DNA from: Octopus bimaculoides
Taxonomy: Eukaryota
Length of the DNA: 34,650 nucleotides
Assembly (NCBI RefSeq): GCF_001194135.2
Contig: NC_069004.1
Location: forward strand, 9,067,841-9,102,490
Reading direction: 5' to 3'
The notes beneath the pieces are model-generated. The model was not told the DNA's origin. It saw only the letters and a list, made by a program, of their open reading frames with translations, and searched no databases. Positions 1 to 10,733 of this stretch are shown piece by piece (within the stretch, counting starts at the first letter, position 1; the number at the start of each line of letters is the position of its first letter). Made by a program: the position numbers and the translations under genes.

Positions 1-129
1 CACACACACACATGGACGCATGTATGTACACACAAAGAGAATAAAGTAAAAGCTGGTATATTTACCGGTCACGGCCAGCAGCTGAAAATAACACCCGGAA
101 GTAGAATACAAACGAGTGTGAATATTGTG

Positions 130-688
130 GGTACGTGTGTTTGTGTGTGTGTACGTATGTATGTATGTATGTATGTATGTATGTGTATGTATGTATGTAT
201 GTATTATGAATGTATGTATGAATGCATGTATGTATATATATATATGTCTGTATATATTATATATGTATATATATATATATATATATGGGAGAATATACAA
301 ATAATAACAACAGACGAGGACAGGTGGTGTAAATAACAAAAGGATATATTAGTATGACGCTCGGGAATACGGAAAGTCTATACATATATATGTATAAATG
401 TATATATTATATCTATGTGCATATGTAATGTATGTATATATTATATATGTATATACACATATATATGTTTATACGTGTGCATGTACTTGTCTCCGCGGGT
501 ATGTATGTATGTATGTACGTGTATCTATATATATATATGCATGTATATATGTACGTATGTGTATATGTATATATGTGAGTATGTACGTATGTATGTGTAT
601 GTATGTATATATGTATGTATGTATGTGTATGTATGAATGCATGTATGCATCTATGTAAGTATGTATGTATGTATGTATGTATGTATGT
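130..688. repeat. Compound (TATG)n/(TA)n/(TG)n microsatellite field
   Basis: Seen directly; source of spurious YVCM/HTYI ORFs. Similar fields at 1945-2110, 2560-2790, 5100-5270, 5900-6130, 6560-6720, 11240-12040, 13140-13830, 16215-16510, 22240-22650, 23295-23500 and 25150-25331. Confidence 0.95.
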
Positions 689-1311
689 CTACCCTAAAAC
701 AGGGGCTTCAGCCCTGTCATGTTCTCATTAGTATTTTACTTCAACCTACAAAACCTCCAGCTGGTTATCCTCCATACAATCTACACCTGTCAGCGAAAAG
801 GCTTTGGGATCCCAGCACATTGACCCGCCTCCTTGAGCTATCGTAAATAATTTAAGGTTGGCTGCGCCCCACCGGGGAGGAGCGAATAAGCTACCGAACG
901 AAACTGTGCGCGCGTGGTTGCTCGAACTTGAAGGAAACAACAATCAAATTTCCCTCAAATCCAACACTGTCGTCTTAATATAGATGAATACATCGGAATA
1001 ATATAACCTCAGATATGAATTAGAAGATAAAACGTGATGGTCACAGCTTGATCGCCAGTGATTATGGATCTTGTCGATCAGTTTGAGAAGGGAAGAATAC
1101 AGTGGATAAAGCAATGTTGTGATGTAATCCCTCTGGATTCACTGTTAGAATGTTTGAGACGATCTTAAGGCTGTAAGCTGCAAGTTGACCTGGAGTTAAA
1201 AAGCGACAAATAAAACTTTCAACCATCGCTAGAATTGATCCTACTATGTTACTGTTACTTATTTTATCAATTACTATGGGATATTTCGGCTCTCATTAAA
1301 CTTGAACTAGA

Positions 1312-1385
1312 GCGGAAGTGACGTAACAGACAGAATTCTGCGAAACTTCCGGTCGTCTGTATTCTCTATCATTCGCCGCCATTTC
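1312..1385 (+). promoter_or_regulatory. Candidate core promoter of the C15orf48-like gene: ETS-CRE composite, second ETS site, YY1 site
   Basis: GCGGAAGTGACGT (1312-1324), ACTTCCGG (1345-1352) and CGCCGCCATTT (1374-1384) cluster in a CpG-containing patch. A possible non-coding exon-1 donor GTATGC lies at 1411. Confidence 0.55.
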
Positions 1386-1424
1386 TCAACTTTTTTAGGA
1401 AATATATAACGTATGCCTCAATAA

Positions 1425-1545
1425 TATTAGAATGAGACGGGAGCAATGTGAAATGAAATAACTTGTTCAAAGATACTACGCACTACCCAGTCTCGGTATT
1501 GAAACCACGACGTTACGCTTGTGAGCTGAATACCATAATCATTAT
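1425..1545 (-). mobile_element. Old SINE head fragment (tRNA-like)
   Basis: Reverse complement reads ggtattcagctcacaagc...gtggtttcaataccgag...ttgaacaagttatttcatttcacattgctcc; similar relics at 16900-17045, 17160-17260 and 31228-31320. Confidence 0.5.
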
Positions 1546-1744
1546 AAATGTAAAAAAAAACTTAAATGAATTGAGAGATTTCTAGATGAATATAAATAGA
1601 GTATTACTTTTTTTTACATAGAGAAGACTGACAGTGACTTCGACGTTCAAGTTTAGTTACCTTTGACACATAAAGTCACTGTTAACCATTTCCTTCTCAA
1701 TATTTCTGTCCATGAAGGCAACGAGCTAGAAGAGTCGTTATCAT

Positions 1745-1932
1745 CCTGGGTGAGATGCTTAGTGGCATTTCGTGTACCTTTACGTTCTGAGTTCAAATTC
1801 TGTTGGGGTCCACTTATGCATTTCATCCATTCAGGGTGGGTACAATAAGTACCAGTCGAGCACTGGGGTCGATGCAATTGTCTTACCCCATCCTCAAAAC
1901 TGCTGGCCTTGTACCAAAATTTGAAAACAATA
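1745..1932 (+). mobile_element. Short tRNA-derived SINE family A
   Basis: ttacgttctgagttcaaattc...aagtaccagtcgagcactggggtcgatg...ggccttgtaccaaaatttgaaa, repeated many times in the window. Confidence 0.8.
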
Positions 1933-1940
1933 TTTCTGTG

Positions 1941-1974
<34 letters not shown>

Positions 1975-2066
1975 TGTAGGTAGGTAGGTAGGTTTATATA
2001 CGTATATGTACGTATACATTAGCAAGTACATATATGTACATACATTCTACACACACACATACACTT

Positions 2067-2115
<49 letters not shown>

Positions 2116-2276
2116 CGTTGGACTTTATTACTCCACGTTATTTATTTCAGTGATTTTCTGCGTGAGTTTTAACCATGCTAATTTTTCCCTCCTACCAACT
2201 TACGATGATGTACATTAATCTGATATATCTATCTAGTAAATTCTCTCATCTACACTTGTGTAAAAACAAAGTCATT

Positions 2277-2325
2277 ACTCCGCTGAAGAGATTTAGTTAA
2301 AAATAGATCAAAACATGTGTGCAGT
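2277..2325 (+). ncRNA. Decayed hammerhead motif
   Basis: ACUCCG-CUGAAGA-GAUUUA-guuaaaaa-UAGAUC-AAA-ACAUGU-G-UGCAGU. G12 is replaced by A (CG to CA) and the cleavage base is G, so it is probably inactive. Confidence 0.4.
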
Positions 2326-2560
2326 TGTCTCCCATATCTGCTTGGTGAAATCATTACAATAATATTAGTGATTGAGATAATCCTGTAGTTTCCTCAATAC
2401 ATATGTATTTCTAATTAATTATTTTTATACGCGCTTCAGAAAAGTTAACTAATTAAAGTGATTAGCTGGTCGACTATTCTTTTAAGAAAAGAACCTCGAG
2501 GTGAGCGTGTGCGTCTCTGAAACGCGTCTCTCTGAGTTTCTAAACACGTGCGCGCGCAAA

Positions 2561-2601
<41 letters not shown>

Positions 2602-2742
2602 GTTCGCACACACATATACGTACATATAGCTAGCTACATATGCGCGTGCATGCATATATATACATATACACATATACACATATATGTAATGCACACGCAT
2701 ATTACACACACATATAGATATACACATGTGTATGTGTGTGTG

Positions 2743-2790
<48 letters not shown>

Positions 2791-2820
2791 CAAATCGTGT
2801 AACCATTTTGTTATATAAAT

Positions 2821-2833
2821 GTTGCTAAGCAAC
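2821..2833. promoter_or_regulatory. RFX X-box-like palindrome
   Basis: GTTGCTAAGCAAC fits GTTRCY-N-RGYAAC. Confidence 0.45.
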
Positions 2834-3551
2834 TCTACGATACTTTATTTTTTTCCCCAATTTTAAACTATCAAGCTGATTATATTAAAAGGTAAGACAG
2901 CATTAATATATTTTATTCAATAGACCATCGAACAATGGCTAAACTACATGTACATAATGCAGGTTATGGTTGGCGAAGGGTAGGATTTCATGAGATGAAA
3001 ATACCACCAATAGTATTAAATCTCCTATTTGTGAAATAGCGTAGTTTCGAACGCCATGAGTGTATGTTGTGATGTTAAAAACAAAATCGTTTCTTTGTTA
3101 TTCTCACTAAAGTCCAGCAAGTATTTTATGTAGTGAAAATCTTCACATGTTACGATGTGAGGTCCGGCTGGTCAAAATCGATAGTGTTGACGGACAAAAA
3201 AATCTTTTGCCAATTTTTTTATCCTTCTTTTTAATTGTTACTTTACTAATTTCAAATTCTGCCGAGGTCAACTTTACTTTCTCGCCGTTCCGTGTCAAAT
3301 ATAATAAGTATCACTCAAATATTGAATTCGATATAATCGATTATGTCACTCTCACACTCTTACAAATGTCTGTCTTTGTGTCGAAGTAGGAAATCAATGT
3401 GTGTGTGTTTGTCTGTTTGAATTTGTACGCATGCGTGTGTGTATGTGAATACAAATATATATATGATCTTTTCAAGCTGATTTTGTGATCACCTATCTCT
3501 CACCCTCTCTCTCCCTCTATTTCTCCTCTCTCTCTCCCTCTCTCGCTACAC

Positions 3552-3586
<35 letters not shown>

Positions 3587-3799
3587 TTGTTATTCCGTTC
3601 AGTTACAATAAAAACATATTTTTTACATTAATCTGTACTTTTCAAGAATACAAATTTATTATTCTTAAACAAGAATATTAATATTTATTGACCAATGACC
3701 CCAAAGTTTTCAGATAGTTGGAACATTTTTCTATCGATGGCTTAACTAGCCGAAACTTCGAAGTCGCTGTCAATAATATTCTTAAGAATAATGTGTGTG

Positions 3800-3832
<33 letters not shown>

Positions 3833-4073
3833 CTGTGTGTCTGTGTGTGTGTGTGTGTGTGTGTGCGCGTGTGCATTTATACATTTATACATTTTTTCCC
3901 TTCCTTTCAAGCGTTATATCAGTAACAACTTTATTAAAATTTGTCCCTCTCGTTTTGTTTTTCCCTTGTTTTTTGTTCATCCACACACAAAACACACACA
4001 CATATATATACTTGTATATTTATTTACTTATTTGTTTATTTATTTGTTTGTTTATTAGCCGTCATTTGCAACA

Positions 4074-4121
4074 ATGAAAAGCTTTGGATTCGGTCTACGC
4101 ACCTTTAAACGCTTCCCTGAG
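4074..4121 (+). CDS. C15orf48: C15orf48/NMES1-like (NDUFA4/COXFA4 family) microprotein, coding exon 1 (MKSFGFGLRTFKRFPE)
   Basis: Acceptor tttattAG at 4057-4058 (exon starts 4059), ATG at 4074 in gcaacaATGA context, donor GAG|GTAAGT at 4122. Phase 0, joins 8131 in frame. Confidence 0.85.
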
Positions 4122-4465
4122 GTAAGTTGTTTTGTTAATATTGTTGTTGTTGTTGTTGTTGCTGAATTTACTGTAATTATTCTTCCAGATCTTGTCATGG
4201 TAATTGTTGTTGTTTTTCTGTAGTTGTCGCAGTCGTCGTCGTCGTCGTCGTTGTTGTTGTTGTTGTTGTTGTTAGGTCCACTGAGAGAAATTCTTCAAAG
4301 CAGAACAAGACATCTTACTTTCCTCTACTCTTGGCAGCAACAGGGAGGAATGTAGTTGTATCACTACTGCATAAATCGCTCTGAGGACTTGGTACTGCAA
4401 AAAATGTACAGAAATGTCTAACAAAGAAATGGTCAAAACTATATTATTATTATTATTATTATTGT

Positions 4466-4496
<31 letters not shown>

Positions 4497-4621
4497 ACAA
4501 TTGAAGGAGATATGTCGATCTGATGAAACATCATTACATATTTAAACGGATTTGATTATTCTTTAAAAAAAAGATGTTCGCGCACTTTGATGTTAGAGAG
4601 AAAATACCACACACATAGACG

Positions 4622-4652
<31 letters not shown>

Positions 4653-4829
4653 AAACACAGAAGCACATTACCTTTGGGATGCTTATATCACGTGGTTCGT
4701 CATTTAATAACGGGAACTTGAACATTTTCCAGTTGTCAACTAATTCCTCATACATGGACAGGACAATAATATTGTTGATTAAAATCATGCATTTTGTTAG
4801 ATATATACGTGTGCGTGCATATATGTTTC

Positions 4830-5100
4830 TGTGCATGTGCTTGGTGTTTAGGGTGTTAGGCTCTCGATCGTAAGGTCGTGTGTTCGATTGCCAGTGGCGT
4901 GCTTTGTCCTGGTACCAGACACTTATTTCACGATGCTCCAATACATTCAACTGGCAAAATTGCGCTGAACCCTGCAGGGAAGTATGTTAAGGATACGCGC
5001 TGTAGAGCGCTCAGTCACTTGCCCGTTAATTTCACGGGCAAGCTGTTCCGTTGATCGTACCAAGTGGAACACTCGTCGTCGTAACCGACGGAGTACCAGT
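4830..5100 (+). mobile_element. tRNA-derived SINE family C, internally deleted
   Basis: ggtcgtgtgttcgattgcc B-box head; 3' gctgttccgttgatcg...cgtcgtcgtaaccgacggagtacc is shared with 18215-18385 and 32611-32872. Confidence 0.7.
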
Positions 5101-5159
5101 TACATATGTACATGTGTGTGTGTGTATAGATAAATAGACAGACAGACAGACAGACAGAC

Positions 5160-5190
<31 letters not shown>

Positions 5191-5207
5191 GTATGTATGT
5201 ATACAGC

Positions 5208-5245
<38 letters not shown>

Positions 5246-6029
5246 ACACACACACATACACACACACATGATGTCTGTCTATTCGTGACCGAGGAAGACC
5301 ACCGCTAACCATTAAGAGCATTGTGCACTCAGATAAACAAGCACATCCGCTTAAATTCTGCATGCAAATGCACGTTTGTTTGTTTTTTTGTTTTTTTTTT
5401 TCTAAAAAAACGCCCACTCCGTTCTTTATTTGTTTGCTCTTTATTTGTTTACATTAGTTTACAAAAAGTTGTTTTTTTTTGTTTTTGTTTTTTTTTTGCT
5501 CTGAAGCAAGGATGTGTTTTACTAATTTTGATGTGGTGAATTCAATTTTCAAAACAGTTTTGCTCTATCACCTCTATGTGGTGAAGTTAGAGTGAAGGTG
5601 TCTGAACCGACGCTTACGTTCTGTCTGAATAAGTATTTAGTACATAAATGTGTATGCGCCCGCACGCGTTTGTGTTTACATCATTATACTTTACAAGTGT
5701 GTCTTTGTAGACGCACTCAGTCAAGGGTGTGCATGTACTTGTCTAAAAAGTATGTGTGTACGTACGTGTGTGTGTGTGTGCGTGTACGTGTGCGCGCATT
5801 CTATTCATTTATTCTTTTACCCGTTTCAGCCATGCGGCTGTTGTCATGCTGGAGCACCACCGAAGAAAAGTGTATGGCCAGTAAAGCGCCATCCATGTAT
5901 AATATATATTCACATATAACATTCATATTCATATATAATATATATTTATATATAATATATATTTATATATAATATATATTTATATATAATATATATTCAT
6001 ATATAATATATATTCATATATGTATATTG

Positions 6030-6097
<68 letters not shown>

Positions 6098-6380
6098 CAC
6101 ACGCGCACACATACATACACAGACATACACATGCAATCATGTAATGCAGAGAAATTTTAAAATGCCAAGTCAGAAACGCTGACGTGAGAGGTGCTCATTA
6201 ATATTCCATAAAAACCGGAAACATCTCTGTAAAACTAAAGTAGCTTTTGACAGCAGAGTGTTCTGTGCGTAAGTGAACAGTGGTCATCGCATAGAGTCTA
6301 GTGACCAAACGACCGTTCACTTTCGTTTTCTTACTCTCTCTTTCTTCCTCCCTCTTCCTCTCTCTTTCTTCCTCTCTCTA

Positions 6381-6419
<39 letters not shown>

Positions 6420-6613
6420 GATTGTTTCACGTTATATTCAGACCAATTAGAATTGGAGGTGAGTCTGGTGTGTGATGAGTAAGTCTGGTGAGTAGAGATA
6501 CAGAGAAAGAGAGAGAGAGAGGAGGGGAGACAAGAGAGATGGAGAAAGAAAAACAGACAGATAAACAGCCTAAGATATATATGTGTGTATATATATATAT
6601 ATGTGTGTTTATG

Positions 6614-6657
<44 letters not shown>

Positions 6658-7342
6658 GAGAGAGAATTGTGAGAGATGTATTTATATATGTGTGTATATA
6701 CATTTCTGGGTGTGTGTGTGGGGGGGGGTTAATTTCCANNNNNNNNNNNNNNNNNNNNNNNNNNNNNNNNNNNNNNNNNNNNNNNNNNNNNNNNNNNNNN
6801 NNNNNNNNNNNNNNNNNNNNNNNNNNNNNNNNNNNNNNNNNNNNNNNNNNNNNNNNNNNNNNNNNNNNNNNNNNNNNNNNNNNNNNNNNNNNNNNNNNNN
6901 NNNNNNNNNNNNNNNNNNNNNNNNNNNNNNNNNNNNNNNNNNNNNNNNNNNNNNNNNNNNNNNNNNNNNNNNNNNNNNNNNNNNNNNNNNNNNNNNNNNN
7001 NNNNNNNNNNNNNNNNNNNNNNNNNNNNNNNNNNNNNNNNNNNNNNNNNNNNNNNNNNNNNNNNNNNNNNNNNNNNNNNNNNNNNNNNNNNNNNNNNNNN
7101 NNNNNNNNNNNNNNNNNNNNNNNNNNNNNNNNNNNNNNNNNNNNNNNNNNNNNNNNNNNNNNNNNNNNNNNNNNNNNNNNNNNNNNNNNNNNNNNNNNNN
7201 NNNNNNNNNNNNNNNNNNNNNNNNNNNATATCGGTATAGAAAATTAATATAGACAGCAGTTTGCAATGTTTTACCAAAAAGGAAATGTCCCTTTCTTGTA
7301 TCACCTAACTGTCCAGATGTTTTGCGCTCTTGTCCCATTCTG

Positions 7343-7385
<43 letters not shown>

Positions 7386-7386
<1 letters not shown>

Positions 7387-7700
7387 ACTATCCAGTTGAC
7401 AAATGATGTTGAGGATTCATTGAAAATAGTATGACGTCACGATTGTTGATTGACCTAGCTCAACGTAAAGCGAATAACCTCATGAATGATATCAAGGTTA
7501 TGGTGGAGAAGGCAAGCCACTGGATTTGGTCAACAGGAGACGATGTCCAATGGCTGGAAGAATATCGAGGGCAGTCTAGTAACCAGTTGCTCTAGCAAGC
7601 GGAGCCTCGTCTTTGTGGGGGATGGTTGTGCGCAATAATGTCATCGAGAAGAAGTCTTCGAAACGACGCGCATCCTTTCCTGATGACATCTTAAGACTGC
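7386..7700 (+). mobile_element. 3' relic of a Hero-type RLE non-LTR retrotransposon
   Basis: One frame reads YYPVDK*C*GFIENSMTSRLLIDLAQRKANNLMNDIKVMVEKASHWIW, resembling the PVEVGCRGF...TRLL...AEKASRWLW C-terminus of Hero-clade ORFs, followed by a 3'UTR-like segment. Confidence 0.6.
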
Positions 7701-8130
7701 TGGTGTCCGGTATGCGGAGCTTTGGACTTACAGCACTTGTATCTGTAAATTATTATAAAAAATACTCTGTGTGTGTGTGTGGTAAGAAAACCAACGAAAG
7801 AAATCAGCACTGCACTCAACAGGGAATTGGAAGCACTTAATAACAGGCTGATTGAAATTCACAATACATAGTGCTTCGCAGGCGTAGATATTATTAATAC
7901 TGAAATGTTGAGCAGACGAGCCGCCGGCTTATTAAAACATTTCTATAATAAAGCCAATAACATTATCTGCATTTCTGTCTGTATGTGTTTGCCTGTCTAC
8001 GTGTTTATGTACATGTTTGTATCAGTGTGTGTGTATGTGTAAAGTTTATGTAAGTAAATGTATATATTATATATATTTATGGTGTTAATGATTAATGTTT
8101 CTTTTTTGTTCTTCTTCCTTTTCCTCCCAG

Positions 8131-8219
8131 CTTCTTCCATTGGTGGGTTTCATAACATTTGCCGTAACAATGGGATCGTCTTTCGCTGTGTACAGCTTAT
8201 TAACGAAACCCGACGTCCG
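8131..8219 (+). CDS. C15orf48: C15orf48/NMES1-like coding exon 2, transmembrane helix ([29 protein letters not shown]+CG)
   Basis: Long pyrimidine tract ending cccAG, donor CCG|GTAAGA. Peptide closely resembles human C15orf48 [29 protein letters not shown] (recognised from memory). Phase 0 to 2. Confidence 0.92.
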
Positions 8220-8321
8220 GTAAGATTTTGTCGGTTTTTTTCTCTTTTTTTACATTCGTTTTTTGTTTTTTTGTTGGTATTTTTTCATGAATAATTAAGA
8301 CAAGGTAACCAATGTATATTA

Positions 8322-8463
8322 TTTACATTATTTACAATTGACGGATATTTGTCTTCATCTTGTTTGTTGTTAACACAACGTTTCGGCTGATATACCCTCC
8401 AGCCTTCATCAGGTGTCTTGGGGAAATTTCGAACCTGGGTTCTCATTCCTAAGGTATTTTTCG
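8322..8463 (-). mobile_element. Penelope-like element terminal-repeat fragment carrying the hammerhead
   Basis: Contains the hammerhead and resembles an abundant Octopus dispersed repeat (recognition only). Boundaries approximate. Confidence 0.55.
8372..8417 (-). ncRNA. Minimal type I hammerhead ribozyme motif (Penelope-like)
   Basis: Minus strand reads GACAC-CUGAUGA-A-GGCUG-gaggguauau-CAGCC-GAA-ACGU-U-GUGUU: 5-bp stem I, intact core, 5-bp stem II, palindromic helix III, GUU cleavage triplet. Confidence 0.75.
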
Positions 8464-8691
8464 AGGTTCACCATAGCTATTTCAGACATGTTTTTTTATT
8501 TTTTTTTTTTTATCAATGAACAAATCAATTACATCATGTAAAAAAAAAAACACCGTTTTCTTTGGTTGAATTTTAAAATAATAAAGTTTAACATTTAGGA
8601 TTGTTCAAACAAATAATACAGGAAGTATATTGACTCGATTGTATTGGACCCTGAAAATAATTTTGTGTGTGTGTGTGTGTGTCTGTCAGTC

Positions 8692-8735
<44 letters not shown>

Positions 8736-9328
8736 TATTTACATGTAGCAAATGAATGACAGAAGAAAATTATTATCAGTTGATATGGCCTTGTATTATC
8801 ATCATTGCAATGTATGATACCACTTCTTGTTGTATACAGATAATTTTTAGTTCCATAGTCCATCTCGTAGGTAGCTAAGTTCATCTTTAGTTGACTGCTA
8901 GAAGAATGGATGAAAGAAGGACCGAGTAAGAGTAAAAGAATTTAGACTAGAAGAGAGGGTAAAAGTTGTGGGGTCACACGATGACAAGCCATATGTGAAG
9001 TGAGAAATATATGGAGGTGCTTTTCTTGGAAGGGACCAAGTGAAGAGGTAGAATCCATTTTGGGTTCCGTATTTATATTTTTTCTATCTAAATTAGGTCA
9101 GGCTAAATAAAGAGTTTTCTGTCTCTTATCTGCCTGAACCTTATTTAACTTAACAATTTCAACTTAAACAATAGAACTTAACTAAGTGTGGTAGTTGACT
9201 CTCATAAACTTCTAAGTGCAAAAGCCGAGAACAATAGGAAAGGTTTCGAATCCTGGTTTAGAATGCTGGAAGTTATTTGCAACATATACGTGTGTGTGTG
9301 TGTACGTATATATGCCTGTGTGTAAATG

Positions 9329-9360
<32 letters not shown>

Positions 9361-9428
9361 TTCAAGGCTTGAATATGGTACTTATGCGAAGGCACCCGAA
9401 TATCGCATCCCAAAAGGATGGGTGATTA

Positions 9429-9612
9429 AAATCAAACAATAAGCAACACGGAATTCAAAAGTGATTGCAGTACGCACGTTTCATGCTACTTCAATTTATT
9501 TAAGTAATGTGAGCATTTAAGGTAATGCTCACATTACTTAAATAAATTGAAGTAGCATGAAACGTGCGTACTGCAATCACTTTTGAAATCCGTGTTGCTT
9601 ATTGTTTGATTT
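9429..9612. repeat. Long palindrome: 89-bp arms, 6-nt spacer, one mismatch
   Basis: 9429-9517 versus 9524-9612; the right arm ends exactly at the N-gap. Confidence 0.9.
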
Positions 9613-9850
9613 NNNNNNNNNNNNNNNNNNNNNNNNNNNNNNNNNNNNNNNNNNNNNNNNNNNNNNNNNNNNNNNNNNNNNNNNNNNNNNNNNNNNNNNN
9701 NNNNNNNNNNNNNNNNNNNNNNNNNNNNNNNNNNNNNNNNNNNNNNNNNNNNNNNNNNNNNNNNNNNNNNNNNNNNNNNNNNNNNNNNNNNNNNNNNNNN
9801 NNNNNNNNNNNNNNNNNNNNNNNNNNNNNNNNNNNNNNNNNNNNTATATA

Positions 9851-10067
9851 TATGAGAGAGAGTACTGAAAAGTTCCTGGCTTTGAGTAAAAGAAGATACA
9901 GGAGGATCAGTTAATTATGATTCTATTCAACATATTCTCCACTTAGATTCACACATTCATTGTAACGGTCCTTCAGTTATTCTAACCCCTGTAAAAGAAC
10001 TCGGATGGTTGGGTCTTCAGCCAAGCCTTTCGCGACACCCCTTAAAACCATAAACTTTTCAGCACGT
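9851..10067 (-). mobile_element. Mariner-derived MITE
   Basis: TIRs gtactgaaaagttcctggcttt / aaaaccataaacttttcagcac with flanking TA. The minus strand retains the transposase C-terminus LQGLE*LKDRYNECVNLSGEYVE*. Confidence 0.75.
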
Positions 10068-10117
10068 ATATGTATATATATATATCCACATATGTATATA
10101 TATATATATATATACAA

Positions 10118-10733
10118 AATATTTTTATGGAGGCAACACAGGTGAAGTCTAAAAGAACATAATTAAAATACACTTTCGAAACTTATTTAAATACATATAT
10201 TCTCTATAAAATGGAAATAAAATTCCAGAATACATAAAGATATATATAAATCAACAAATATCGATGCAATACATAAAACACGATTGAATTTAACCGGTCC
10301 TGGTATGTAGATGTGTTTACGAACTTTGTGTAACATCCTGATGAGGAGAGTGCCATGATTAATAATATGAAATATGTCATATTCCTTGGCACATCTCTGA
10401 AATGTAGATGTGATTTTTATATTTTTTTCTTTCGTTGGTTTTAATATGTTTCTTTAATACGTAATCCTCTCAAGAAAATTTTTTAATTTCATCATACTAA
10501 AGTATTATGATTTTAAATGTACTTACAGAAGAAATTTTCTTAAATTCAATCGCTTTTACTTAAATTCAATCATGTTTTATGTATTGCATCGACATTTGTC
10601 TATTTATATATATTTATGTATTCTGGAATCGTATTTCCATTTTATAGAGAATATATGTAATTAAATTAGGTTCGAATGTGTATTTTAATTATGTTCTTTT
10701 AGAGTTCACCTGCGTTACCTCCATAAAAATATT
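10118..10733. mobile_element. Inverted-repeat element (about 175-bp arms) enclosing a hammerhead; Penelope-like derivative or MITE
   Basis: 10118-10293 is the diverged reverse complement of 10560-10733; the spacer holds the hammerhead. Confidence 0.6.
10333..10411 (+). ncRNA. Type I hammerhead ribozyme motif with extended stem II
   Basis: ACAUC-CUGAUGA-G GAGA GUGCCA...UGGCAC A UCUC U-GAA-AUGU-A-GAUGU: perfect 5-bp stem I, about 11-bp stem II with one bulge, GUA triplet. AUGU is consistent with CpG decay of ACGU. Confidence 0.65.

Noticed and set aside
1296-1383. Minus-strand ATGGCGGCG start suggesting a divergent gene
   Set aside because: The frame stops after 28 codons and no convincing donor was found.
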